A stretch of 64,000 nucleotides of DNA, from assembly GCA_038087875.1 (NCBI GenBank), contig CM075980.1, forward strand, positions 1,612,001 to 1,676,000, written 5' to 3'. Source of the stretch: Malacoraja senta. Taxonomy: Eukaryota. The notes below the pieces were generated by a model. The model saw nothing but the letters and a program-made list of their open reading frames with translations. It was not told the origin of the DNA and ran no database searches. Position numbers and translations under genes: made by a program. Shown one piece after another: positions 36,352 through 48,637 of the stretch (position 1 is its first letter; every line of letters starts with the position of its first letter).

Positions 36352-38567
36352 TTACCTGAATAGCTTTTTTCCTTCTATTTTTAAATTCGTAATAGAAATT
36401 AACTTTTAAACTACTCTTCTGAATTGAAGTTTTTTCAAAGCTGTATTGAGGTGTTCACTTGAAAGCCTCCACCAAAGAGCCTGTGCTTGGAGTTAATTTT
36501 ATTTTCTGGAACAATGAGTTGAGATTGAATTACACAGTTGGTGCATTCCCCAATATCTCTGCCATTCAGCCGGCTGTTTTAGTGTGATTGCTTTTCAGCT
36601 CCTTTAACTTCCATTTGGTGGCAAATAATTTTCAAAGCAAGAGGGCAAGTTTCAATTCTAAAGCAGCTTTCAATTTATTCCTGAAGGCAAAAATGATAAG
36701 CAGTTATACAAACCTCGCTGTTTGAGATGAACCTGGGACATTTCAGCCATGAAAATTCAGTTGCGTGTGGATATTAGAGGGCTAGTGTTGTATCGGAGAA
36801 CTTGCGAGAGGGGTTGGTGGGCTGGTACATGTTCAGCTTGTGGAGGGAAAACAGGATCGCAGTCTTCAGTTCCACCTCAATTTTGTTACACTGCCTTTTT
36901 GATCAGTTAAATATCCCGCACAGTGTTGTAACGGGATATGGAACCTCATGATTATATTTCAATCATTTTTACTTTGCTTTCACCGCCTGATTCCATCTCT
37001 GCGACCAACTATACTCAGCTCAAACTGGTGAAACCATGATCCATGTGTTATTTAATGGCCAGTCTCCATCCCTTGCTAGTGTTCTAAAAACTTAATGTCA
37101 ACCAAAATTCTGCCCAAGTCCTGTTTTTGTTCTGCTCATGTTCCACCCATAACTGGTCAACATCAGACCCTCTGTAAGCAAAACTTGCGCTTAAGATTTG
37201 TTCCTCTCTAGTTCCCTGTGTGGGTCTGTCCTGCCTGATCTATATATTCTCCTATCCAAGATTCCACTGCTAATTGTACTCTGAATTTGGTTTCTTGCCA
37301 TGACTATTTTCAGGCAAGCTGTCAAGGTCCTAAGATTTGGAATTAATTCCTGGATTTTTCTGGCACTCAACCTTCCTAAAGTGTTCCATAAATCAGTCTG
37401 TTTGACCATCTGCCCACAGTTCTTTGTTGCTGTACTTGGCGCCACTAACATTATAAAAGGTGAAGCAGTGTAAATGTACGTCATCTGGGTTTTGCTGTCC
37501 CACAACACAAAAACTCAACACTCTGGTGGGGTACGAGCTCATTTAGTCAACTTTGCACACAAGTTGCAAGCATAATCTTGTGTTAATGCAAACAGGAACA
37601 CGCTTGCCAATTTGCTTAATGAGCATTAAAGTTGCTTCAAAATCTGGCACTGATTCCCGTCACTACCATGTTTCGATGGCTTGCCGTGAATTCACACCGC
37701 TGTTATAATGTATCTGCATGTTCGTGGAGTTCAGAATCAAAGGAAATTGTAATACGCAATAATTACATGGCAAAATACATCCTGATGAGTAAACGACTGT
37801 AATCTAATCCCAGGTTTCAAATGACGTTGCAAAACTTGGTTTCCATGTGGTCAATACTTACGGAATACAAAATGAATAAAGAATCAGAAAGCCCACCCAT
37901 TTTTAACATGTAAAGAAACGTGAACAAATGTTTGTTTGTTCTGGATATAGAAATTGGATATATTTTGAGTCGGGCGATGCACGGATATTTAAAAAAAAAA
38001 GCTGAAGATGTTAATATTGATAATATACAGCATTTGTAGTGGTCTCAGAACAACCTCTTGTGGCCTTTCATTTTATCAATTGATCTTTATGATTTCTTCC
38101 ATGCGTACAAGTCAGCTATGCCCTTGCCAGCATGTGCATTTTGCCTCTTCAAAATGCAATATGTGGAATGTTCCCTGAGCTGTGAGAATACAGGTTCTCT
38201 GTATTTCTATTAAATTGCAATATATTGTGGTGAACAAACAGATTTGTGGTGTTGATCAGCTGAGAGATTGATTGTCTGGCATAAAGAGTCTGCACATCCT
38301 GGGTTCTTGAGGGGGAAATAGAATCTGCTTGAGGAACTCCGTGGATCAGGCAGCATTCCGTGGAGGGAATGGACAATTGGGTTTTCAGGTTGAGACCTTT
38401 CCTCTGCTCTGGGTAGGATCTCGACACGTGTCTTAAGCCTGTTTTGTCATTCAATGGCCAATCTGAATGTCATCTCAATTCTGCAGTCCTGTTTACCTGT
38501 AGTTACTGTTAATTATAATCAAGAATGCATCAATCGTTGCCTTAATGTATGCAATACTGCTTACTGA

Positions 38568-41500
38568 GGAGAGTTCCTCTGCCCAGCAGAACTGGTCCTT
38601 GCCCTCAACAACTTCTCCTTTGACTCCTCCCACTTCCTCCAAATCCAAGGTGAGGCTATGGGCACGCGCATGGGCCCCAGCTATGCCTGCCTCTTTGTTG
38701 GGTACGTCGAACAATCACTGTACCAGGCATACACTGGTCCTATCCCTGAACTCTACCTCCGTTACATTGACAAATGCATCGGTGCTGCCTCCTGCACCCA
38801 TGCAGAACTCACTGACTTCATCAACTTCATGAGTAATTTCCATCCTGCACTCAAATTCACTTGGACCATCTCTGATATCTCCCTACTGTTTCTGGATCGT
38901 ACTGTCTCCATCACAGAAGACAGGCTATTGACCGACATCTACTAACTCCCTTCCCTAACCCTGAACCTACTGACCCCCATAGCTATCTAGATTACACTTC
39001 TACCCACCCTGCTTCCTGTAAAGACACCATCCCCTACTCCCAATTCCTCTGTCCACGCTGCATCTGCATCCAGGATGAGGTTTTCCATACTAGTGTAGCG
39101 GCACCAAACGTGGTGAATAATGGTGAGACATCAGGCCGGTTCATCGGAGATGTCCTCATTCTTTAGGAAATGGGGGTTCCCCTCTTCCATTATAGATGAG
39201 GCTCTCACAGAATCCCCCTTGTCCTCACCTTGTCCTCACCTTCCACCCCATCAGCCGTCGTATACAGCATAAAATCTTCCAACATTTTCGCCACCTCCAA
39301 CGGGATCCCACTACTGGCCACATCTTTCCATCTCCACCCCTTTCTGCTATCCGCAGAGACCAATCTGTAGATGAGATATGCATGTGCCTTTTACATAGTG
39401 ACCTCATACCTACTAACCACTCCCCATATCACAAGTATATCTACAACCATCCAAATTCCGGGACTACATCGTGGGCAACACTTTCACCGTTGAAACTGAC
39501 CATCAGCCACTTGTCACCATCCTCAACAAGTCGATCCATGTGGCCTCATCACGCCTGCAGCGCATGATGCTGCAGCTCCAGCGCTTCACGTTCACGGTGG
39601 TTTATCGTAAGGGCAAGGACATGTTCGTGGCCGACACGTTGTCTCGCGCCCCGCTGACGTCCACCGCTCGCCACCAATACGAAATGTCTGAGTTATTGGT
39701 GCTACGATTGAACATCGTCCCCTCGCAGCAGATGAAGTCCCTGGTTGAACACACTACCAATGACCCTGCCCTGCAACAGCTGTCTGCCGTCATCCGGCAG
39801 GGCTGGCCTGACCGTCGCTCGGCACTGCCGGCTGGTGCCGTGCCCTACTTCCTGATTCGGGACGAGCTCGTACTGCACGACGGCGTGGTGGTGAAGGGTC
39901 ACAAAGTGGTCGTGCCCGCGGCGCTGCACGACCAATATTTTCAAGTCGCTCACCGCGGTCACCCTGGGGCCGAAGCCACCGTGTCTCTCGCCAGGAGCTG
40001 GTTCTATTGGCCGGATATGGCCAAATACATCCGGGAGAGGGTCTCCTCGTGTTCCACCTGCAACAGCCGCGCCCCCCACCAGCAGCGTCAGCCGCTTCTA
40101 CAGCAGCCCGCGCCCGAACTGCCCTGGATGGCGCTTGCCGCTGACATTTTCGAGTGGCGGGGCAAACATTTCCTGGTTCTCGTTGACTCCTACTCCAGCT
40201 GGTTTGTGGTCGACCGGCTGCATTCCGTGACCTCTTCGGCCGTCATCGACAGGTTGTACCCTCATTTTGGCACTTTTGGCCCCCTGGCAAGCCTGCAGTC
40301 GGACAATGGCAGCCAGTTCACGAGCTCCGAGTTTAAAGCGTTCGCTTCCAGATGGAACTTCCGCCATTTCACCAGCAGCCCGGAGTACCCGCAAAGCAAC
40401 GGTTTGGCCGAGCGCGCAGTCCGCAGTGCTAAGCACCTGTTGGAACAGTGTGGTGGCATTAACTCCGACTTCCATCTGGCCCTCCTCAACCTTCGGAACA
40501 TTTCCCGCGACTCTGCCATGGGTTCACCTGCTCAGCGGCTCATGTCTCGCGCTACAAGACTCCCGCTCCCTGTGGCCCAGCGCTCCCTCATACCCTCTAT
40601 CCTCCCGCCTGCGGCGGTTCAGAAACGCATTGCCTTCAGGCACGACGTCCAAAAGCGTTCCCATGACAGGTCCTGCCACCCGCTGCCGCGCCTCTTCCCC
40701 GGTCAAGTTGTCCGTATGCAGACCACTCCCGGTCACTCCAAGCTCGCTACTGTCGTCGGCTCCGCGGGGTCGCCCAGATCCTATTTCGTCGACCACTCCG
40801 GGGCCATTTACCGACGGTCCCGCCAGCACCTTCGGCTCGTCAACGAGCCGCGTCCTCCTGCCGCGGACCCCTTTGCTCCCCCACTGCCGGTTTCGCGTCA
40901 GGGCGTTGCTCTGCCCGTCCGTCCTGACATGCAACGTTCTGCTCCTCCTCAACTCCCTGGTCAACTCGTCCCTTCCCACCCAAACCACCCGCTCCCCAGG
41001 TATTTTCACCTGCAACCACAGGAGATGCAACACCTGTCCCTTTACCTCTCCCCTCAACTCCATCCAAGGACCCTGATAGTCTTTTCAGGTGAGTCAGAGG
41101 TTCACTTGCACCTCCTCCAACCTCATCTACTGTATCCGTTGTTCCAGGTGTCAACTTCTGTACATCGGCGAGATCAAGCGCAGGCTCTACGATTGTTTTG
41201 CTGAACACCTCCGCTCAGTCCGCCTTTACCAACCTGATCTCCCAGTTGCTCTGCACTTTAACTCCCCCTCCCATTCCCAACCTGACCTTTCTGTCCTGGG
41301 TCCATTGTCAGAGTGATGTCCAGCGTAAATTGGAGGAACAGCACCTTATATTTCGCTTGGGTAGCTTACACCCCAGCGGTATGAACATTGACTTCTCTGA
41401 CTTCAAATAACTTGCTTCCCCTCTCCATCCCCCCCTCCCCCACCCGCCCTAGTTCTCCCACCAGTTTACTGTCTCTGACGACGTTCTATCTTTGTCCCGC

Positions 41501-41605
41501 CCACTCCCCTGACATCAGTCTGAAGAAGGGTCTCGACCCGGAACGTCGCCCATTCCTTCTCTCCAGAGATGCTGCCTGTCCCGCTGAGTTACTCCAGCAT
41601 TTCGT
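38568..41605 (+). mobile_element. 5'-truncated Penelope-like element (RT, GIY-YIG, terminal repeat), degraded and interrupted
   Basis: RT: AMGTRMGPSYACLFVGYVEQ...YLRYIDK (YIDD mutated); GIY-YIG: NLIYCIRCSRCQLLYIGEIKRRL; terminal repeat 41518-41605. Confidence 0.9.
39450..40945 (+). mobile_element. Ty3/Gypsy (Mag-like) pol fragment: RNase H C-terminus plus integrase, nested in the PLE
   Basis: KFRDYIVGNTFTVETDHQPL...ADTLSRAP; zinc finger HRGH...CSTC; catalytic ADIF / SDNG / NGLAER; uninterrupted frame. Confidence 0.92.
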
Positions 41606-41699
41606 CCATCCTAAATATCATGATACTCTGAGGAAAGTTTGCTCTCTCGGCTTTAAATGATTGTCCCATTAGTTTTAATTAATATCCCCAAATTAAGTT

Positions 41700-42017
41700 G
41701 GGTGGCGAGTCTTTTTCCCAAAGTCGGGAATTCTAAATGTATAGGATGTGGATTTGAGGTGAGAAGGAAACTAATTAAAAGGGGCCAGAGAGGCAGGTTT
41801 TTCCACATAGTTTTTCCACATGGGAGTATGAAACGAGCTGCCTTTGGAAGAAGTTGAGCCAGGTACAGTAAAGGCATTTAAAGGCATTTGGACAGGTACA
41901 TGGATCGAAAAGGTTTTGAGGGATGTTGGCCAAACACAGGCAAGTGGGACTAGCTCATGTGGGCTTTGTGTTTAGCTTGGCTGGAGTGCGTATTTTCGTG
42001 CTGTACAACTCTGACTC
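41700..42017 (+). mobile_element. CR1/HER1 3' fragment
   Basis: GAGTCTTTTTCCC..GAAACGAGCTGCC..GGACAGGTACATGGAT motifs. Confidence 0.7.
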
Positions 42018-42548
42018 TGGTTCATAGATTCTCCAGCTAAATGAAATTTTGCACCATATCCACACTGAAGAGCTCCGAGGATCTCAGTTGACTGTCGCTC
42101 TTAAACTCAAATGGATATAAGCTGAGTCTATCCAATCTTTCCTCGGAAAGTAATATCTATACTCCAGGTATTAGTGTGGTCAGACCTAACTGCTTCCAAT
42201 GCTTTTACATCGGTCTTTAAGTACCATGCACTAGTGGTCGCGCCTATGGCTTAAAGACCAGAAGATAAATCTCCCTACATTTGTATTCGGTGCCATGGAA
42301 ATAAAGCGCTGCATTCATGTTTCCTTGCCTGCTAATCTTTTACAAATCATGCACGAGGAAGGTTTTAATTTAACCGTCCAAATGTAATTAAAAGCATGCT
42401 AAGTTTCTGCAGCGTATGCCCAATCTTCAGCTAGAAGTACTTGCTGGTTTGTTGCGTAGTGCTGATTCTATGCAAGAAGACCCTGGCCCTCAAAGAAGCT
42501 GCTTTTTGGGAGACCTATTAAACCAGGGCCACGCCTTATTTTTATGTA

Positions 42549-43300
42549 AATTGAATAATGAATAATTGAATTGAATACATTTTACTAGCCAAGTATGTAT
42601 ACATACAAGGAATTTGCCTTGGTGCTTTGCTCGCAAGTAACAACACGATATACAGTAATAAACAATTAAGAATAAAACATTATAATTTAAACATGTGAAG
42701 AATGAAATAAAATACCAGAGCACAAGGAGGCTACTGCTCGTGGAAAAAGCTGTTTTTTATGTCTGGCTGTGGCGGCTTTGACAGTCCGGAGTCGCCTTGC
42801 AGAGGGAAGTGCTTGAAAGAGTTTGTGGCCAGGGTGAGAGGGGTCAAAGAAGATCTTACCCGCTCGCTTCCTGGCCCTTGCAGTGTACAGTTCGTCGATG
42901 GGGGGAAGGTTGCAGCCAACAACCTTCTCGGCTGATCGAACGATACGCTGCAGCCTCCAGGTGTCGTGCTTGGTGGGTGAGCCAAACCAGACCATGATGG
43001 AGAAGGTGAGGACAGACTATGATGGCAGTATAAAACTGGACCATGATTGCCTGTGGCAGATTGTGTTTTCTCGGCTGCTGTAAGAATTACATCCTCTGTT
43101 GGGCCTTTTTGACTGTGGAGTCGATGGTGACCTCCCATTTAAGGTCCCTGGAAATGATGGTTCCAACAAACTTAAATGACTCCACAGATGTGACTGTGGT
43201 GTTGTTGATGGTGAGTGGGGGGAGGGGGAGCTCTCCTAAAGTCTACAATCAATTCCACTGTCTTAAGAGCATTGAGCTCCAGGTTGTTGCAATGGCACCA
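42549..43300 (-). mobile_element. Rex1/Babar-clade LINE 3' fragment
   Basis: Translation VWFGS...RLQRIVRSAEKVVGCNLPPIDELY...DPSHPGHKLFQALPS; (ATTCA)n tail. Confidence 0.85.
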
Positions 43301-43433
43301 GGATGCCACCAAGATTCTGTGGTGCTATTTTGAAGAAAAGCTATGGTATTATCCAAGATACCTTGGTCTATGTATACTTCTCCGATCATTCCAATTTGTT
43401 GCACTATCCGAATGAATCATTTTCAGAACCATG

Positions 43434-43575
43434 TTAAAGAAGGAACTGCAGATGCTTGAAAATCGAAGGTAGACAAAAATACTGGGGAAACTCAGTGGGT
43501 GAGGCAGCTTCTATGGAGCAAAGGAAATAGGCGACGTTTCGGGTCCGAAGAAGCGTATCGACCTGAAACGTTGCC
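43434..43575. mobile_element. PLE-terminus fold-back element with perfect 16-bp TSD
   Basis: CATTTTCAGAACCATG at 43418-43433 and 43576-43591. Confidence 0.85.
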
Positions 43576-43689
43576 CATTTTCAGAACCATGATACTTTTA
43601 CTAAAGTGCCCAGAGTTTAACATGGTGTTCTGTGTGAAACTCAAGTCAGTAATCTTCAAGTCCGAAGAAACTTCGGACTTCTTCAAGTC

Positions 43690-44336
43690 CGAAGAAAGCG
43701 AATGGTATGTTAGCTTTCATAGCAAAAGGATTTGAGTATAGGAGCAGGGAGGTTCTACTGCAGTTGTACAGGGTCTTGGTGAGACCACACCTGGAGTATT
43801 GCGTACAGTTTTGGTCTCCAAATCTGAGGAAGGACATTATTGCCAGAGAAGGTTCACCAGACTGATTCCTGGGATGTCAGGACTGTCTTATGAAGAAAGA
43901 CTGGATAGACTTGGTTTATACTCTCTAGAATTTAGGAGATTGAGAGGGGACCTTATAGAAACTTACAAAATTCTTAAGGGGTTGGACAGGGTAGATGCAG
44001 GAAGATTGCTCCCGATGTTGGGGAAGTCCAGGACAAGGGGTCACAGCTTAAGGATAAGGGGGAAATCCTTTAAAACCAAGATGAGAAGAACTTTTTTCAC
44101 ACAGAGAGTGGTGAATCTCTGGAACTCTCTGCCACAGAGGGTAGTCGAGGCCAGTCCATTGGCTATATTTAAGAGGGAGTTAGATGTGGCCCTTGTGGCT
44201 AAAGGGATCAGGGGGTATGGAGAGAAGGCAGGTACGGGATACTGAGTTGGATGATCAGCCATGATCATATTGAATGGCGATGCAGGCTCGAAGGGCCGAA
44301 TGGCCTACTCCTGCACCTAATTTCTATGTTTCTATG
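43690..44336 (+). mobile_element. Young CR1 LINE 3' fragment
   Basis: LYRVLVRPHLEYCVQFWSP and QRRFTRLIPGMSGLSYEERLDRLGLYSLEFRRLRGDLIETYKIL; (TTTCTATG)2 tail. Confidence 0.92.
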
Positions 44337-44969
44337 TAATATTCAGATGTTTAGCATACCTAACAGGTCACCTTTGAAACTTGGCGCAACTGAATATGCT
44401 TGAAGTGATTCAAGATGGCAGGTATAATTGGAAACTTGCCAAATTGATCCTGATTTCATCTGATGCCCCTGCATTGGATTTTCAAGATTACCAGCAGGAA
44501 AAGGGATCCTGAATGAAGATCCTTCTTTGCTGCAGACTGCCAATGTGGTGGCTTATGCAGTTGTTTCCATTTGCAAGATGTTCCTGCCAATGTGGCTGAC
44601 ATACACAACAGCTTAATGGCCACTGCCAGTGCTATTACTTCCAAAAAATAAAAATGTAAGATCATGAGGTTTGCTTATGGATATTTTTATTTCAGTATTA
44701 AAAACATCAGCAGGACCATTGCACACTGCTCTTTGTGAAGAACTGTTATGCTTGGCCATATGAGGAAGCCGAATTAACATTAGTAGATGGTCATTAATCA
44801 AGGTTTCTTTCGAGATCTTGTCACTTTTATTTCAGCTATTAATTCCCTGTGCTGGCCCCAGCAATTTGTTTCCCCTTTCATCGCTGAGACCCATCTTAAA
44901 ACGTGTGTTCTTTAAATAAAATCCAGGTTTCAGTTGTAAGTGCATCATAGTCCTGTGTGAATATATGTA

Positions 44970-46587
44970 CAGTGGCTTGCAAAAGTTTTCATACCCCTTG
45001 AACTTTTCCACATTTTGTCACGTTACAACCACAAACGTAAATGTATTTTATTGGGATTTTATGTGATAAGACCAACACAAAGTGGTGCATAATTGTGAAG
45101 TGGAAGGAAAATGATACATGGTTTTCAAATTTTTTTACAAATAAAAAACTGAAAAGTGTCGCGTGCAAAAGTATTCAGCACCCCTGAGTCAATACTTTGT
45201 AGAACCACCTTTCGCTGCAATTACAGGTGCAAGTCTTTTGGGGTACCTCTCTACCAGCTTTGCACATCTAGAGACTGAAATTGTTGCCCATTCTTCTTTG
45301 CAAAATAGCTCAAGCTCAGTCAGATTGGATGGAGAGCGTCTGTGAACAGCAATTTTCAAGTCTTGCCAGAGATTTTCAATTGGATTTAGGTCTGGACTTT
45401 GACTGGGCCCTTCTAACACATGAATATGCTTTGATCTAAACCATTCCATTGTAGCTTTGGCTGTATGTTTAGGGTTGTGTCCTGCTGGAAGGTGAACCTC
45501 CGCCCCAGTCTCAAGTCTTTTGCAGACTCTTAACAGGTTTTCTTCCAAGATTGCCCTGTATTTGGCTCCATCCATCTTCCCATCAACTCTGACCAGCTTC
45601 CCTGTCCCTGCTGAAGAAAAGCATCCCCACAGCATGATGCTGCCACCACCATGTTTCACAGTGGGGATGGTGTGTTCAGGGTGATGTGCAGTGTTAGGTT
45701 TCCTTCACACATAGCGTTGTGCATTTAGACCAAAAACTTCAATTTTGGTCTCATCTGACCAGAGCACCTTCCTCCACATGTATGCTGTGTCCCCCACATG
45801 GCTTGTGGCAAACTGTAAACGAGACTTCTTATGGCTTTTTTTCAACAATGGCTTTCTTCTTGCCACTCTTCCATAAAGGCCCGATTTGTGGAGTGCACGA
45901 CTAATAGTTGTCCTGTGGACAGATTCTCCCACCTGAGCTGTGGATCTCTGCAGCTCCTCCAGAGTTACCATGGGCCTCTTGGCTGCTTCTCTGATCAATG
46001 CTCTCCTTGCCCGGCCTGTCAGTTTAGGTGGACGGCCATGTCTTGGTAGGTTTGCAGTTGTGCCATACTCTTTCCATTTTCGGATGATGGATTGAACAGT
46101 GCTCCGTGAGATGTTCAAAGCTTGGGATATTTGTTTATAACCTAACCCTGCTTTAAACTTCTCCACAACTTTATCCCTGACCTGTCTGGTGTGTTCCTTG
46201 AGCTTCATGATGCTGTTTGTTCACTAATGTTCTCTAACAAACCTCTGAGGCCTTCACAGAACAGCTGTATTTATACTGAGATTAGATTACACACAAGTGG
46301 ACTTTATTTACTAATTAGGTGACTTCTGAAGGCAATTGGTTGCACTGGATTTTATTTAGTGGTATCAGAGTAAAGGGGGCTGAATACTTTTGCACGCGAC
46401 ACTTTTCAGTTTTTTATTTGTAAAAAAAATTGAAAACCATGTATCATTTTCCTTCCACTTCACAATTATCCGCCACTTTGTGTTGGTCTATCACATAAAA
46501 TCCCAATAAAATACATTTACGTTTGTGGTTGTAACATGACAAAATGTGGAAAAGTTCAAGGGGTATGAATACTTTTGCAAGCCACTG
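44970..46587 (-). mobile_element. Full-length Tc1 (IR/DR, Passport-like) DNA transposon
   Basis: TA|CAGTGGCTTGCAAAAG ... CTTTTGCAAGCCACTG|TA; ~215-bp TIRs with inner direct repeat GCAAAAGTATTCAG. Confidence 0.95.
45189..46208 (-). pseudogene. Tc1 DD34E-type transposase, disabled
   Basis: MKLKEHTRQVRDKVVEKF...GRPPKL...WSDETK...YV* (Trp codon now TGA); a locally shifted frame replaces the expected FQQDN segment; SPDLNPIENLW...KGGSTKY end. Confidence 0.93.
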
Positions 46588-47709
46588 TAAGTGTGGAGCA
46601 AATGAAGGTTATTTAGTCCATCCAGTGTACTTTCTTTAAATTGTCTGAACTCTGAAGAATGGTCCCAACTTAATACATTACTCATCCTTGTTCTCCAGAA
46701 ATGCTGTCTGATTGGCTGAGTTACTCCAGCACTTGGTCTTTTTTTGTAAACCAGCACCTCCAGTTCCTTCTATCTCTTAGGGTATTTTAGATTGGTCATG
46801 CACACTATTGGACTGCACGTAATGTTATCTTTCCTTGAGAACATAGCGCAGAATGAGTTAATATATATTGTTATTGTAGAGCCTACAACTGTACTGTCCA
46901 GTACGATTTGCCCTGCCCCTATCTCAAATTCATCTCAATTTGGAATATTATTTGATTTTAGATTTCGCTGTAAGATCATTCAGCCCAATGGAGGTCTGCT
47001 GTCTGCTTAAACTTTTATTGTATCTTGTGCCTTCATGGTATCTTATTCATTCTAGAGGATTCTTAAACTGGTTCCTATGCAGTTGTAAATGTTCCCTCGG
47101 AGGGAAAATAAATTCTGTTAAGATTCTGTGTTAATTTGATTTTGTGCCCTTATAGAACTGGCTTGGCTAACAGATCATAACAGTGAAACAGAGTGGAATC
47201 AGGGACTACGTTCCAACTTGCCCACACCGGCCAACATGTCCCTGTTTCACAGATAATAACCGGCGCATCAGCAATATGACGGGCTGTTCCACCAATTTGT
47301 GTATGGCCGCACTCTGGCAGTGGACGAGGCCCAGGTCAGAAAAGTCAGTATGGGAATAGGAAGGGGAGTTAGTGTTTGGCAACTGGGAGATCGCTTCGGC
47401 CAAAGTGGACTGAGCATCGGTGTTCGGCTTCAGAGAACATTATTCTGATTTTTTTTTTAAAAGGAAATGCTGAAAGCATTCAACAAGGCGGGTGGCATTG
47501 TGAAAAATGAAACCGTTAGTGGTTTCAGGTCTGAGCTCCTCCATCAGAACGAGGATAGAGACCCAATGGGATATCTCTCAGGGACATAGGACAATAAAAC
47601 ACTCCTGACACGTGAAATTACATGAAGTGGCATTTACAAGCACACAAAGCTTCGTCTGTGTCATGAGTTGTAATTGGTGAGGCAGAGAGATGTGGCCAGC
47701 ATGCCAGAC

Positions 47710-48275
47710 TAAAATACGAATAATTCAGTCAATACCAGGCTCAAATGACATTTATTGTGCTGCGAGACAGATTGTGATATCAAGTCCTGAACCCTGCAAC
47801 ATGCTCAGCTGGAAAATGGGGTTTGCTCCCCTCAAACTGGCATTGACCATCTTGGTATCTCCAGAAAAGCAAGCCAGGGTACAGAGGCAACATGTGGATT
47901 TAGTTTTGTATTTGTGAAGTCTAGGTTTGACGTGATTGAATTAAGTACCAGTACTCTCAATGGTCCTTCCATAAGCTACATGAAGTCCAGATTCCCTAGC
48001 CGACCTCATTGCAGACAGTGGACATTTTCGCTGGAACTGTTTCGCTACAAAGCTGAGAAACTATTATGCAATCTGGTATCTTTCTCTTTGCTTTAACTTT
48101 TGTAGTTTTATTCGGCTTGATTGTATTCATGTAGCGTATTAAATGAATTTGATTGGATGGCATGCAAACTAAAGCTCTTCACAGTTCCTTGGCACGCATG
48201 GCAATAATGAACCTGAACCTACTCCAGATGATATCTAACTAGCTTGGCGTCACTAATGCTACCTGTCCTTATCTC
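47710..48275 (+). repeat. Old direct duplication, copy A (copy B at ~53147-53795)
   Basis: Shared CTGGAAAAT..TTTGCTCC..CTGGCATTG.CCATCTTGGTA.CTCCAGAAAA, LINE tail and downstream AACCTGAACCTACTCC...AGCTTGG...CTAATGCTACCT. Confidence 0.75.
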
Positions 48276-48637
48276 TAACATTTCTACTTGGCGCCAAACA
48301 TCACCACTCCTGCAGTTAAGGTTGACGTTCTGTTTGCCACCTTAAATGTTGGCTGATTCCGCAATGTTAACTTTATGATTCATGACCAATCGGTCTGATT
48401 ACCAACAGCTGTCAAACTCCCACCATTTGTAAAATCTACTCACTCAATTTTTACTTTTTTCTGGATGACATTTATTAATTCTGCTCATTCAGACTAATAT
48501 TTTCAAAGAGCTCAGTTCCACCCTATTCAGTGCCAGATTCTTGCCCTTTCCCTCTGATGTTAAGCGAACTGACCTACATGTTCTGCTATTTTCTCTAATT
48601 TTTTAGATCGTTGGGTTATCTTCCAATCTGACTGAAC

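Noticed and set aside
39471-41204. 577-aa ORF as a domesticated integrase gene
   Set aside because: Starts at GTG inside RNase H, ends in out-of-frame PLE sequence, and is nested in another element.
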